Virus record (IMG/VR): IMGVR_UViG_3300043446_004613
Coordinates: 1-64,000 of that record
Length of the DNA stretch: 64,000 nucleotides
Direction: 5' to 3' (one strand)
Positions 27,601-36,468 of this stretch are shown here, in pieces; the stretch's first letter is position 1, and every line of letters starts with the position of its first letter. Both the position numbers and the translations under genes were made by a program. The notes beneath the pieces are model-generated. The model ran no database searches, was not told the origin of the DNA, and saw nothing but the letters and a program-made list of their open reading frames with translations.

Positions 27601-28737
27601 CCAGTAGCTGAAACCTTCGACCATAACCCATTCGACATAGCTGCTGACACGCTTGTGCGCCAAGCCGTAGTTGGTCAAGTCGTTGAGCAAGTCACCAAGG
27701 TCATGGACGTTCTCGATGTAAGTGTCCGGCGCGTCCAAATCCGCACTCTCTTGTACCACGTCGTTCGTCATCTCAATGGTGCCTGTGATACCAGTGTACT
27801 CACGGAGCGCCGCACAAAACTTCTTGAAATGCGCCTTACAGGCAGGCATGTCTTCCACAGGCGGCGCTTCGTCCGTCCAGCCCCGGTCAGGCGCGTTTAG
27901 ATAGTAGCCGCCGTAAAGTTTCAATGTCGGCTTAGGGAGCGCACCAATGTCGACATCTTCTGGATACTCAGGAAACTCAACCGTAAAGCGCCAGCCTGAG
28001 TAAGAGTCGTCCTCGTGTCGCACGACATAGCTGTCAAAATCAACGTAATGATCATTCTGACCTGCGAAGGTGCGGGTCAGGATGCTTTTAGGATCGTTGA
28101 TTTCATGCAAAAAGTTGCTCAACTGATTGGGTGTCTTGAAATCCAGCGTATGGCTGTCGACGTAGTCCTGCGCATCGACGTCATCTTCAGACTCGATTAT
28201 GTTAAGCTTGAACCACTCTTTAAGCGCATCCGTGCCGGTAAATTCGATCGACACGTCCAAGACGCGTTTACCAAGCTCGCTGACAAACTGGTAAGGATCA
28301 ATGCGAGGCTTGAAGTCTTTGAAGAACGGCTCCAGTGTACCGCTTGTGGTGCTGAGCCATTCATCAGTGCAGTCGATGATCCGTTGCGCCATCTGGGTAT
28401 TGCGGGCCGGGGCGTCGTTGGATAGGTAAACACTGCATACACGTTCACCACTGTCACCGTGGCCCTCGTCATTTACGTATAGACCGGCGTTGGTCAGCAT
28501 CATGATGACGTTTGTTTCAATATTTTCAACATCGCGGGCCAGCTGATTCCAGTCGACGCCTATCTGCGCCTCAGCAGCGTTTTGTTGAATCGTGTCTTCA
28601 TCTGACGTGTGGATGTGACAGCCAAAGCGGATGCGTGATAGATCGCCGATCCGTGTTTTGGCTTTAAGCCACGACACGTACTGATCAGGATCATCAAAGT
28701 TGTTTACAACATTTCCGCCGTCATCCATAATAAACAA
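24625..28737 (-). CDS. 1370-aa modular polyprotein (about 10 cassettes, one GNAT-like)
   Basis: Nine x-x-E|S(N) acidic linkers; IDRLYVPKSMRKAGVA GNAT motif. Confidence 0.75.
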   Translation of the reverse strand: MFIMDDGGNVVNNFDDPDQYVSWLKAKTRIGDLSRIRFGCHIHTSDEDTIQQNAAEAQIGVDWNQLARDVENIETNVIMMLTNAGLYVNDEGHGDSGERVCSVYLSNDAPARNTQMAQRIIDCTDEWLSTTSGTLEPFFKDFKPRIDPYQFVSELGKRVLDVSIEFTGTDALKEWFKLNIIESEDDVDAQDYVDSHTLDFKTPNQLSNFLHEINDPKSILTRTFAGQNDHYVDFDSYVVRHEDDSYSGWRFTVEFPEYPEDVDIGALPKPTLKLYGGYYLNAPDRGWTDEAPPVEDMPACKAHFKKFCAALREYTGITGTIEMTNDVVQESADLDAPDTYIENVHDLGDLLNDLTNYGLAHKRVSSYVEWVMVEGFSYWAEDENGKPLETEFFRNQLEKFCTDHKLTSYRIKMEPWKHVTGTGFSLLISKAQLTPESRMNYVNTYESQEDDVNAQEYVDTEVPVDVVNKDEYKRAQKFLNRWYVAPKLDRRGVCYYYPTRITHRIDRYPNFNIEMIDLKGFAVDQRIGVYRFTQTDVDDVERLFQPSEPPPKEWLISQNTTVASKRADVFNEHPGMVAHIKESEDDPEPFIQRQMSVYQSPFIEAMSAMATRTDAEEIDNAGTVQIDYHWTLPNGVKISGTPNKDSFHIDRLYVPKSMRKAGVARKWLAKLGELADQTSTKLTGTALPDEGSKSKFHQKWIKTMRDAGWETDIESLAFLHDEPEEEIRRWDTSMRDELVRFPRKPVRESFELPDDDVAGYIDKLPVAFSLKEAAGNLKQAGYEYVYCRAAFPPNSESNPTPSTIYLMEWNSPLELTYDMPDKEYDAIADKAKKDGVLAIRSACPQARKFEFYAPFSDGDFGLYFTVPPEVSVTESEDVDAQASVDAYAAEVANAYKLLAQQAVAEFDRQANKRGDLTPRRADELASEVSSQYIDNNDISYESPEAEHIRSLVYQRSAELFPADYEEAVEESAADVDDTGDLERYKEQFSQEEEASALLTRLGFEPVRYYDDRFTLEWKKLIYQGRGKNDPARYIYVDRDRRTKPAAGEYAYHIYLAYFFDSAYMPTHFEVTCDLPQLADTLNACIKRWTQPRIVENAESFDEPSAEGAEHLLNLRDMLKQRGYTREADLIYKIFCGPRNELSGRQREVMLGISRRGSIATDDANTIYDVTFWLADGMAWRDMEHEHSLSFYDLINGIDALEARAKALAKGPVAESSDPDDPEGIIGNLDANPLLTELQRLGWSVPKNGEKHEVFIFNNTESAMTRSWIKGIKAPDGNQHAIHLWLFGGNTVEAVVRVYNYRDKTWLNAAQDVNCETPNSAAAMLRDLDSALERCAASSVPPEEEAKVIERIGIHYSKWYDEVLSAMRFEP

Positions 28738-28740
28738 AAG

Positions 28741-29052
28741 TTAGTCCCAAATTGAAGCCATGTTCCGTTTGAGGCGCTTTATGGCGGTGTCCACCTGAAC
28801 CTCGTCATCAAGTTCTTCACAGGCAATGCGGAGCAAGGCGCGGTTGATCACGTGATCGGGAATATTGCCGATCACGGATTGAGACAAAGCTCCGGCCTGT
28901 TGCGCCTGTTCCCGCAGGAATTTGGCATGATCGAGAATATCACGGACATCGGCGATAAGCCACGCGTCATTGGTGAAATGTTCCATGCCAATGGCGCTTG
29001 GGTCATCAAGAGCGTCGTTCTCGACCAGTTTACGGACATATAGCGAACTCAT
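28741..29052 (-). CDS. LLE-type tagged protein
   Basis: MSSLYVRKLVE|NDALDDP; TAGTTA at 29057-29062. Confidence 0.6.
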   Translation of the reverse strand: MSSLYVRKLVENDALDDPSAIGMEHFTNDAWLIADVRDILDHAKFLREQAQQAGALSQSVIGNIPDHVINRALLRIACEELDDEVQVDTAIKRLKRNMASIWD

Positions 29053-29066
29053 GTTCTAACTATCGT

Positions 29067-29537
29067 ATGGACACAGAAATTAACGTGGATGAGGTGATGC
29101 GCCTGCTTCGTGGCGGCGTCAAGGCTAAGAACACCAAAAAACGGTGGGAACGCATCTTTGAGATGTACCACGAGGGTAAGTCCTTCGAGGAGATCGCAGA
29201 ATGGTACGGGCGGAGTGAGTCGACTGTCCGTCGCCTGCTTAAACGGGCGGCGATTGAGCGTGCCAAACAGCCCGGATTCGCATGGCCGATCGATGCGTCT
29301 GGTCGTAAAATCTGCGACATCCCGCACCCAATGCCGTTAGGTCAACATCCCGGCGAGTGGGAACATCCACGTGCCCGTCCACTGCTCAGAAAGCGGTTTT
29401 TGAAGACATTTAATCCGAAGACGCGCTTGATTGAGCGTAGTAAGCCTAAAATAAAGCACATGTGGTGTCCGGTGTGCCGTCGCCCGTTTCAGCGTTCACT
29501 TACGTTGGCTGAAGTATTCTCGGCTGAAACGTCATGA
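29067..29537 (+). CDS. Sigma70 region-4-like HTH protein
   Basis: EGKSFEEIAEWYGRSESTVRRLLKRA; C-terminal CPVC. Confidence 0.7.
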   Translation: MDTEINVDEVMRLLRGGVKAKNTKKRWERIFEMYHEGKSFEEIAEWYGRSESTVRRLLKRAAIERAKQPGFAWPIDASGRKICDIPHPMPLGQHPGEWEHPRARPLLRKRFLKTFNPKTRLIERSKPKIKHMWCPVCRRPFQRSLTLAEVFSAETS

Positions 29538-29882
29538 AGACGGCGGCTGCCACTTTTCAATCTGCATGATGGCCGCGTTGTAGTCTTCATGGGTTCCTAC
29601 CCAGCGCCAGTACCACGTATCAGGGTAGGCGTAGCAGATGGCTCGATAGCGTCGACCGAGACGGATAGACCACCAGCTTTTAGCCCGAGTGAGCTTCTTA
29701 AACTCAAGGCTGGGATCGAAAGGATTGGCACGCCACTGGGCAAATACCTCACGGGCTAGGTTTTGCACATCGCTGGGCAGTTTTGACAGGAGCTTGTCAA
29801 ATTCGCGGCTGCGCTTGGAGGCTTTGCCTGCGACTACGACAGTGTCATCAAGAAGCAGGTTTACGATCAGGTTCGCGTTCAT
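29532..29882 (-). CDS. ParE/RelE-superfamily toxin-like protein with N-terminal tag
   Basis: F.KL...LP..VQ..A......NPF.PSL.FKKL...WSIR.G..YRA...WVGTHEDYN. Confidence 0.75.
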   Translation of the reverse strand: MNANLIVNLLLDDTVVVAGKASKRSREFDKLLSKLPSDVQNLAREVFAQWRANPFDPSLEFKKLTRAKSWWSIRLGRRYRAICYAYPDTWYWRWVGTHEDYNAAIMQIEKWQPPSS

Positions 29883-30015
29883 AGGTGTCTTCTGTCAATA
29901 CAGGCGGCAGCGGAAACAAGTCCTTCGCCTCACTCAGACGGGGCTGTTCCGGGGTCAAACCGAACGCTTCACATACGACTGCGTCCGGCACGTTGTTCGA
30001 CTGCTTTGTGCTCAT
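29848..30015 (-). CDS. Small hypothetical protein
   Basis: Follows the early promoter. Confidence 0.4.
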   Translation of the reverse strand: MSTKQSNNVPDAVVCEAFGLTPEQPRLSEAKDLFPLPPVLTEDTYEREPDRKPAS

Positions 30016-30023
30016 GGCCGTAA

Positions 30024-30050
30024 TGTACATACAAGCGTAATTCGGTCAAC
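30024..30050 (-). promoter_or_regulatory. Early sigma70-like promoter (variant)
   Basis: AAAATTTTAAGTTGAC...TGTATGTACATT. Confidence 0.5.
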
Positions 30051-30107
30051 TTAAAATTTTAATAAAAAGCTTGTGCGAAAAAGCGGATCATGCTGTTCTT
30101 TTAGTAG

Positions 30108-30437
30108 ATGTCAGCACAATCAACATTGTTGTCGCGGTTTCGCAGCCTGCTTGGTGTACAACCGCATGTCCACATCGAGCCTATACGCTCATGGCCGAAA
30201 GGCGAGCACACTATGACCACCACCATGTCTAATCCAACTGTCGAACAGATCAAAGAAGTCCACGCCGCCGTCGCCAACATCTATGGTGAAGGTTTTGCCC
30301 GGAAAAACCCAGCAGTCGTCGCCCAGTTCATGCAGGCGCTCGCCACCGATAAGTTGGCGACCGAAGTCGGCGCTGTTCGTGCAATGCTTGAAGCAGGGAC
30401 AGGTGGAATCAACGTTGCACTCGAACATTCAGCGTAA
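30108..30437 (+). CDS. Hypothetical protein
   Basis: YGEGFARKNPAVVAQFM motif; CTGTTCT upstream. Confidence 0.55.
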   Translation: MSAQSTLLSRFRSLLGVQPHVHIEPIRSWPKGEHTMTTTMSNPTVEQIKEVHAAVANIYGEGFARKNPAVVAQFMQALATDKLATEVGAVRAMLEAGTGGINVALEHSA

Positions 30438-30664
30438 TGAAGTGGCCGGAACCAGCCTCATACCAGCTGTTTGATGGTACGAACTGCGGGAATGTGCTCG
30501 TGATCCGTGGCCGGGTAGTTCATACTACCTGTGACGCGTTCAAGCGCTTTTTAGGGCGCAAGTTCGACGCGGTTCCGCTGGAATTCAAAGCGGGTAGTTA
30601 CAACGATGGCTGTCAATCCGAGCAATCTGAAGAAAAGCACGCCGATACCGGAAGACCCAACTGA
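30437..30664 (+). CDS. Hypothetical protein
   Basis: TAATG coupling with the upstream gene. Confidence 0.4.
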   Translation: MKWPEPASYQLFDGTNCGNVLVIRGRVVHTTCDAFKRFLGRKFDAVPLEFKAGSYNDGCQSEQSEEKHADTGRPN

Positions 30665-33503
30665 CATCTCACAAGATGCGTTGGATACGGTATTGGATCG
30701 CGTTACTACCGTATGCTACCCGAAAGGAACTCGGGTTCGTATCTCTTCAAAAGTCCCGTCGCAGCGTCTGCGCGGAAAGACCGGCACAGTTACCGGCGCA
30801 TCCCAAACCATGTGCTGGGTGGCTATCGACGATTTTGTCGCTGCTGGTGACCCCGATCCATTTTACTTCGTGGATTCAGACGTTGAGCCGCTGAACGAAG
30901 CAGAAACTACAGACGCTCCAGAGAACTATTTGCCGAGCAACGATTACATCAGCGTGCTGGGCAACCTCGGCTACAAGTTTAACGGCTGGCGCTGGGAGAA
31001 GCTGCTGCCTTTTGGCCCTGCCACGCTGTTCATTTCGGTCAAAGACAACAGCAGCGAACTGTTTGGTGCTCAGGCTTTCATCGATGTCCGCTACGTCAGA
31101 TACGGCGTGTGTGAACGGGTGCAGAGCATGAGCGTGGATGTCTACGACGTTGTAGACGTGTTGCGCCAGATCGAACAGTTTGCGCTCAGCGGTGATGTTC
31201 AGACCTTTACCGACAAGCTCAAGGCCGCCAAGTTTAGCGACATACCCGTGACGGAACCAAACCGGCTGTTGAATCTGTTTGGCGAGTCGATCATGGAAGC
31301 TATCGACCCGGATGACCCGGAGAGCTACATCGATACGCTAAAGCAGCACGAAAGCGTGATTGATGCTTTCGTGCAGAAGGGCTGCACACTAAGTCGGCGC
31401 ATGTCTGCCGACCGTCCGAGTTATGAACTAGGGCTGATCCACGAACCAGACAAGACAAAGCCTTGGGTCTATTACACCGTGGTGCTTGAACCTGACAGCC
31501 CGACACGGTGGAACGTTTATGCAGGCGGTTACCGAGAATACACTGACTCACCTGATGACACTTACAGTCAAGGTTTTGACATCGACGGCACATGTTCGAT
31601 TGATGTCACTGCCCCGCTTGAGCCGCAGGTAGCCTCAATTCTAGCTGAAATCACAAAGCACGACGGCGAACTCAAGGATCGCGCTGTAGACGAGTCCGCA
31701 CCAGATAATCTCGACGCCACACCGGAGACTATCCAGCACGTCGTTGATACGACAGTCCTGATTCCTGATGAGAGCGATCCAAGTTCAGAAGACTGTCGCG
31801 AGTGCAAGGAACACGGCGGTGCGCCGGAAGGTGACAGACCATTCAAAGGTGATAACCTGTGCTGGGATTGTTACCGGCATCTGTATCCTGAGCCTGATGC
31901 AGAAGATGACGCCGTAGTTGAGAGTACTGAAACATGCCCTGATTGTGCCGGATCGGACGGTCGGCAAATCAATGGTACGTGGTACGTCAGCAGTCCTTGT
32001 GATGACTGCGGTGGTAGCGGCTTTGATGCGTCTGTCGATGGAGAATGTGCCCACTGTAAAGGTGTAGGTGAGCTACCCTGCTGTCGCTGTGAAGGTACAG
32101 GCAGCATAGCAGAATCAGTCGAGAAAGACCCCGACGTTGTAGATTACACGACGTACGCAGATAGCACACCCGACTTCAACTTTGTCCAGCTGATTGATCC
32201 GCAGAAAGTGCGCAAGCTGCTGCTCTCTTTTGGTTACCGGGCCGTCAACCTATCGCGCAGTCCGCGCACAACCGGTCTATGTGGGAGCGCGATCCCGAGG
32301 ACGCAAGAACGCCAGCAGGCGCTACAACGTGAAGAGCATCACGAAGAAGCGTACTTTCGCCATCACCTTGAACAAGGGTTGTTGAAACTTTACCCCAATC
32401 AGGCCGAGGAAGTATACAAGCCATTTGTCGGTAACATCTACAAGCTGTACCACAGTGTCATCATACATGTCTGGTGCATGGCGGAAAAACAGGCGATCTA
32501 CTTCGACATCCTGCCGGTCGACTCCAACATCTGGAAAAAAGGTAAGCGCACGCTTCCGTCTGATGACGTAAGTCGCTACGTGCGTGAAACTGAATCGGAG
32601 GACGATCCGCAGACTTACGTCGATGCCGCTAAACCGAACGTATACACTCTCTACGGACAAGTGGAGAACTACGACGCGCCGGTTGCACTGGGCGTGTTTA
32701 CCAGCTTACAGGCTGCGGTCGACCGTGCTCGCGAGCGGGATGCCTACGCAGAATTCGCTACCGTATGGGCGGACGAAGAGGTCATCAACTCGCTTGAAGA
32801 CTGGGATAAGCCGACCGTAAAAGCGGTACGCTACAGCGGCGTCAAGTACCTCATCACTCCAAACTGGCAAGTGATCCGCTCAGAAACACCTGACCGTATC
32901 ATCAGCGGTGTGCGCTACAGCAATCCTCCCGTGCAGGAAAGTGCAGACGATAACGTTGATCTCGACGCAGAGCAGTACGTTCAAACCACGGCAAATATAG
33001 ATGAATTCCTATCTGGCCTAGGCTGGTCACGGGATGCCGGATCATCGTACTACCGCAAACGGTTCCAGCTGCCTACCATTTACCGACTCGGTGGCCTTGT
33101 TTTTACAGCTATTGAGTTCATTCTAGCTGTTGATCTGGAAAACGATCTGGCTGCACCGTGGTTGACCCTCTACTTTGACAACGAGCAGGGGAATAATCTC
33201 ATGTCGCGTTCGTGGCGACTTCCGATGCAGGAAGTGAAGGGTGAAACTGAAGACGATGAGGATTGGTTAAACCGTGATGTCACGCTTCGGCGCTTCGCAC
33301 ACGCGCTTCCAAGTGTCATCGCTAACGTTGACTGGCCGCGTACGAATAAGCGGCTTGCCCGCGAGATCGAACAGGACATCCAGCCAACCGCAGCTGTCAT
33401 GGGACGTCACCTTACGCTTAAAGCCAGCAGCCGCGTGGAGCAGGCTGTGCAAGAACTAATCGATTGCCTCAGCCACAAGGCAAAAACACTCTACGGTACT
33501 TAG
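30606..33503 (+). CDS. 965-aa modular polyprotein (KOW/SH3-like, Zn-finger and DnaJ-CXXCXGXG cassettes)
   Basis: Seven [VIL]-x-E linkers; TAGTTA at 30595-30600. Confidence 0.75.
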   Translation: MAVNPSNLKKSTPIPEDPTDISQDALDTVLDRVTTVCYPKGTRVRISSKVPSQRLRGKTGTVTGASQTMCWVAIDDFVAAGDPDPFYFVDSDVEPLNEAETTDAPENYLPSNDYISVLGNLGYKFNGWRWEKLLPFGPATLFISVKDNSSELFGAQAFIDVRYVRYGVCERVQSMSVDVYDVVDVLRQIEQFALSGDVQTFTDKLKAAKFSDIPVTEPNRLLNLFGESIMEAIDPDDPESYIDTLKQHESVIDAFVQKGCTLSRRMSADRPSYELGLIHEPDKTKPWVYYTVVLEPDSPTRWNVYAGGYREYTDSPDDTYSQGFDIDGTCSIDVTAPLEPQVASILAEITKHDGELKDRAVDESAPDNLDATPETIQHVVDTTVLIPDESDPSSEDCRECKEHGGAPEGDRPFKGDNLCWDCYRHLYPEPDAEDDAVVESTETCPDCAGSDGRQINGTWYVSSPCDDCGGSGFDASVDGECAHCKGVGELPCCRCEGTGSIAESVEKDPDVVDYTTYADSTPDFNFVQLIDPQKVRKLLLSFGYRAVNLSRSPRTTGLCGSAIPRTQERQQALQREEHHEEAYFRHHLEQGLLKLYPNQAEEVYKPFVGNIYKLYHSVIIHVWCMAEKQAIYFDILPVDSNIWKKGKRTLPSDDVSRYVRETESEDDPQTYVDAAKPNVYTLYGQVENYDAPVALGVFTSLQAAVDRARERDAYAEFATVWADEEVINSLEDWDKPTVKAVRYSGVKYLITPNWQVIRSETPDRIISGVRYSNPPVQESADDNVDLDAEQYVQTTANIDEFLSGLGWSRDAGSSYYRKRFQLPTIYRLGGLVFTAIEFILAVDLENDLAAPWLTLYFDNEQGNNLMSRSWRLPMQEVKGETEDDEDWLNRDVTLRRFAHALPSVIANVDWPRTNKRLAREIEQDIQPTAAVMGRHLTLKASSRVEQAVQELIDCLSHKAKTLYGT

Positions 33504-33506
33504 AAT

Positions 33507-34220
33507 ATGCAGCTGAGCGAAGGTTTTAAGCAGCCAGAGAATTTTGACCCCGTAGCGGACGGTTCCGGGTGGGTCATGTATGCCGGTGCGAATGATTGGG
33601 AAGTCGGCACCACGGCAGTCAGCGTCATTTTTCCGAGCGACGAACAGAATCAGCGTGTCTGGATGACCGTCAAGCAGCGCTTCGACGGCGATGCCGAAGC
33701 ACCGGTTAAAGAGCATCCCGCGATCAAGGAGCATGGCGATAAGGCATGGCGTACGTGGAAGCGCGAAGCGATTGCCGCCTACCGTAACAAGAACAACGGG
33801 ACGCGCACATGGATGGACGCCTTCAAAGCGGCGTTGAAAACCAAGGCCATGAGTCCTTACGTCAAGGACTGGGGTATTGAGCGTACCAAGTGGGATAACG
33901 TCAAGGAGCACGCAGGGGTGATCGTCGCCAAGCTTTTGGAATCGGATGTCGATGATCCGTCGCCTAACCCCGACGAGATTGACCGACTTCTGCCGACCAA
34001 GACTTTCACCATGAAAGGCAGTAGCTTGCTGCATGCTCCCGGCCTGATTGATTTTGCCAAACGGCGCTGGCGCGAGCGCAGCCGTAAAGCTAAGCAGAAC
34101 GCGCTCGACATCTTGAAGGCATGGCAGCTACCACAAGAGGACGCCGAAGCGATTCTCAACGGAAAAGCAACGATAGAGACGCAAGGCGACGATGCCGTCG
34201 TGACCATTCAAAAGTATTAA
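33507..34220 (+). CDS. Two-cassette LLE-tagged protein
   Basis: Internal IVAKLLE|SDVDDPSPNPDEID; TACTTA at 33497-33502. Confidence 0.65.
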   Translation: MQLSEGFKQPENFDPVADGSGWVMYAGANDWEVGTTAVSVIFPSDEQNQRVWMTVKQRFDGDAEAPVKEHPAIKEHGDKAWRTWKREAIAAYRNKNNGTRTWMDAFKAALKTKAMSPYVKDWGIERTKWDNVKEHAGVIVAKLLESDVDDPSPNPDEIDRLLPTKTFTMKGSSLLHAPGLIDFAKRRWRERSRKAKQNALDILKAWQLPQEDAEAILNGKATIETQGDDAVVTIQKY

Positions 34221-34228
34221 AGGATTTT

Positions 34229-34256
34229 GTTGACTTAGTCACGGTGTTTGTATACA
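34229..34256 (+). promoter_or_regulatory. Early sigma70-like promoter
   Basis: ATTTTGTTGAC-N14-TGTATACA. Confidence 0.6.
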
Positions 34257-34265
34257 CATAAGCCG

Positions 34266-34784
34266 ATGACGGACACTGAACTGCAAATTGAACGCGCAAC
34301 TTGGGTCGTAAAGCTCAAGGGCGACATCATCAGCGCCGGTTTCCTTGTAACTGAATCTTCCACCGCCACGCAGACACTGATCACCATAAATCATCCTTCT
34401 GTTCCACACTGGAATAGCGAAATGATTGTTGAATCCGTACGTGGACGTAACCGCATCCTGCTGGATAGATCATCTTTTAGTACATGTAGCGACAACAACC
34501 GGCATAAAATTCGTGAGTATGTCAAGCTGACGATGGTGCTTTACCGGTTCAAGGAGGACAGCGCAAAAATGTGGTCAGAACGGCAGGACAAAGAAATCGG
34601 TAACCTGTCAGAGATTCCGGGTATCGATGCACAAATCATCACCAGCGGCCCGAACAAGGGCTGCTACAGTATAAAACTATCACCGGGCAACCCGCTGGAA
34701 CGTCTGACTCTGGATCAGTACAAGGCGTTGCACGTATTCATCATAGGACTCCAAAAATGCTCCCTTACAATCCAGAAAGTCTAA
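34266..34784 (+). CDS. Hypothetical protein
   Basis: First gene after the promoter. Confidence 0.55.
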   Translation: MTDTELQIERATWVVKLKGDIISAGFLVTESSTATQTLITINHPSVPHWNSEMIVESVRGRNRILLDRSSFSTCSDNNRHKIREYVKLTMVLYRFKEDSAKMWSERQDKEIGNLSEIPGIDAQIITSGPNKGCYSIKLSPGNPLERLTLDQYKALHVFIIGLQKCSLTIQKV

Positions 34785-35143
34785 GCGCAATGCGTGAACG
34801 CGTACAGCACGCGATTGATCGTGTATACGACGCTACCAGTCAGTTTGATACGCTTCGTCCCGGAGAACAGCGCGAGAACGTGTTTGATTTTGAAGATGGT
34901 GTGCGTGCTATCATCTCCATCGACAGTGTAAAAGATAATCCTTTCCTTCACTGCTCTTACAGCCTCAGTTCAGAGTCAAAGTTGACGATGTGGCAGTTCG
35001 TCGACCACGTGGAAACAATTCCAAACCAGCTGTGGCCGGATACTGTTTTGACGCTGATGCACTGTTTTGCGACTCAGCGTGCTTTCCACTTCATCTACAG
35101 CATCCCGCAGGCGTGGAAAAATCACCTGACCTGCGTGGTCTAG
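34757..35143 (+). CDS. Hypothetical protein
   Basis: VFDFEDG.R.IIS...LH.S.S motif. Confidence 0.6.
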   Translation: MLPYNPESLSAMRERVQHAIDRVYDATSQFDTLRPGEQRENVFDFEDGVRAIISIDSVKDNPFLHCSYSLSSESKLTMWQFVDHVETIPNQLWPDTVLTLMHCFATQRAFHFIYSIPQAWKNHLTCVV

Positions 35144-35150
35144 CTTTGCA

Positions 35151-35807
35151 GTGAACAACGTCAACACCGCTTCTCGGTACGATGACATCGACTCACCGTC
35201 GGTGGTTATCCCACGTGTCATGGATGTCGAAGGCATGTTGAAACGCATGGGGTTCAAACAGTTTCCGGGCGAGCACCGTTGGAATAACAGCGCATGGATC
35301 AACAACGTGCCTCTATTTGGCGGCGGCTGCCCTGCCCGCATTGGTGTGCGGAACATCAGCCACATGGGTATTTCTGCCACACTATCGGATTCGTGGAACA
35401 ACCTGTCACTTAGAATAAGGTTCGGTTACCCGGTGAGTAAACCTAGAAAATCCAAGATAATTCTAGGTTTTAAGGAGATGCTTGACGGAGTAAGCAAACA
35501 CTACTCTCTGACTGATGACGATTACCTGCTGAAGTTTGAGCGCTTGATGACTAAGGTGATCGGTAATTTCAGCACAAAACGCCTTAGCCTTTATGAAGCT
35601 GTAGATTCAGAAGGTGGTATCGCTTTGTATAAGCACGTTCCGTGCTGGGAGGCTTTACCGCGTGCGCTAGAGTGTGCTCTAGGTGACCTTAGTGAACCGG
35701 CTGATCCTGATCGCTGGTTTGGGCTTGATCCGGTAAAGCCTGTGAAGCGAGCAGAACGCTCTACGGCTCTTCTGCCTGCAACCCGCCGGGGACTTGTAAC
35801 CAGATAG
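35151..35807 (+). CDS. Hypothetical protein resembling a stand-alone polyprotein cassette
   Basis: DDIDSP...MLKRMGF.....W. Confidence 0.55.
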   Translation: MNNVNTASRYDDIDSPSVVIPRVMDVEGMLKRMGFKQFPGEHRWNNSAWINNVPLFGGGCPARIGVRNISHMGISATLSDSWNNLSLRIRFGYPVSKPRKSKIILGFKEMLDGVSKHYSLTDDDYLLKFERLMTKVIGNFSTKRLSLYEAVDSEGGIALYKHVPCWEALPRALECALGDLSEPADPDRWFGLDPVKPVKRAERSTALLPATRRGLVTR

Positions 35808-36468
35808 CTTTATTCCTGATTACGGCATTACAGGCGTCGTAGTTGCACCGTACCTTTTTGTAAAGCGCTGCGGGCTTGAACCCAGTGCCGGTCGAAATCC
35901 AAGTTTCATAGTAGCTGCGGGTAACCGTATCGGGCCGTTCGGGCGCTTGAATGGTTCGGATGTAGCTTGCACTAGCCCACCAGAAGTTACCGGAAAAGAA
36001 CTGACCGTTGAAATTTATGCCGCAGCAGTTGGCAGCACTTAACCGGCGCAGGCACGTTTGATAATCGGTAAGGCAGGCAAAATTCATCAGATCGCGCCAG
36101 CCTTTGACGCCAGCAGCACTAGGACGTGTTAAACCTGTCTCAGACACTACACCTTTTGAGTGGAAATATAGAACACGAGCGTCATGTAGTAAGCAGTAGT
36201 CGTGAAGCAGCTTTAGCGTAGGGTACTCGAACTTGTTGCCTCTACCAGAGTGTATACGCAATTTATCGTAGCCGCTAAACATCTGGCCGAATTCCACTAA
36301 AGCAGAGGCGTCTTTTGCCTGAACCCCGCAGACTACTGTCGAAGCTTCGTCATACAGACCGCTCTCTTGCATTAAACGGAACTGTTCAGAGACTATTTCT
36401 TTCCAGTTGTTTACAAGATACACGTGGTAGAAAACAGCAATAGGCTCATGTATACTCAGGCTTATCAT
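35761..36468 (-). CDS. Putative glycosyltransferase-like protein
   Basis: FEYPTL, VLYFHSKG, WR..M and FSGNFWWA...YI motifs, as in large-virus glycosylation clusters. Confidence 0.6.
   Translation of the reverse strand: MISLSIHEPIAVFYHVYLVNNWKEIVSEQFRLMQESGLYDEASTVVCGVQAKDASALVEFGQMFSGYDKLRIHSGRGNKFEYPTLKLLHDYCLLHDARVLYFHSKGVVSETGLTRPSAAGVKGWRDLMNFACLTDYQTCLRRLSAANCCGINFNGQFFSGNFWWASASYIRTIQAPERPDTVTRSYYETWISTGTGFKPAALYKKVRCNYDACNAVIRNKAIWLQVPGGLQAEEP

Noticed and set aside
28730-28750. Readthrough fusing 28741-29052 to the 1370-aa ORF (GAC TAA CTT TTG)
   Set aside because: The junction is in frame and has the same TAA-CTT context as 43755, but stop-N3-start spacing is frequent here (7989, 8816, 15192, 24249, 47319), so it cannot be supported.
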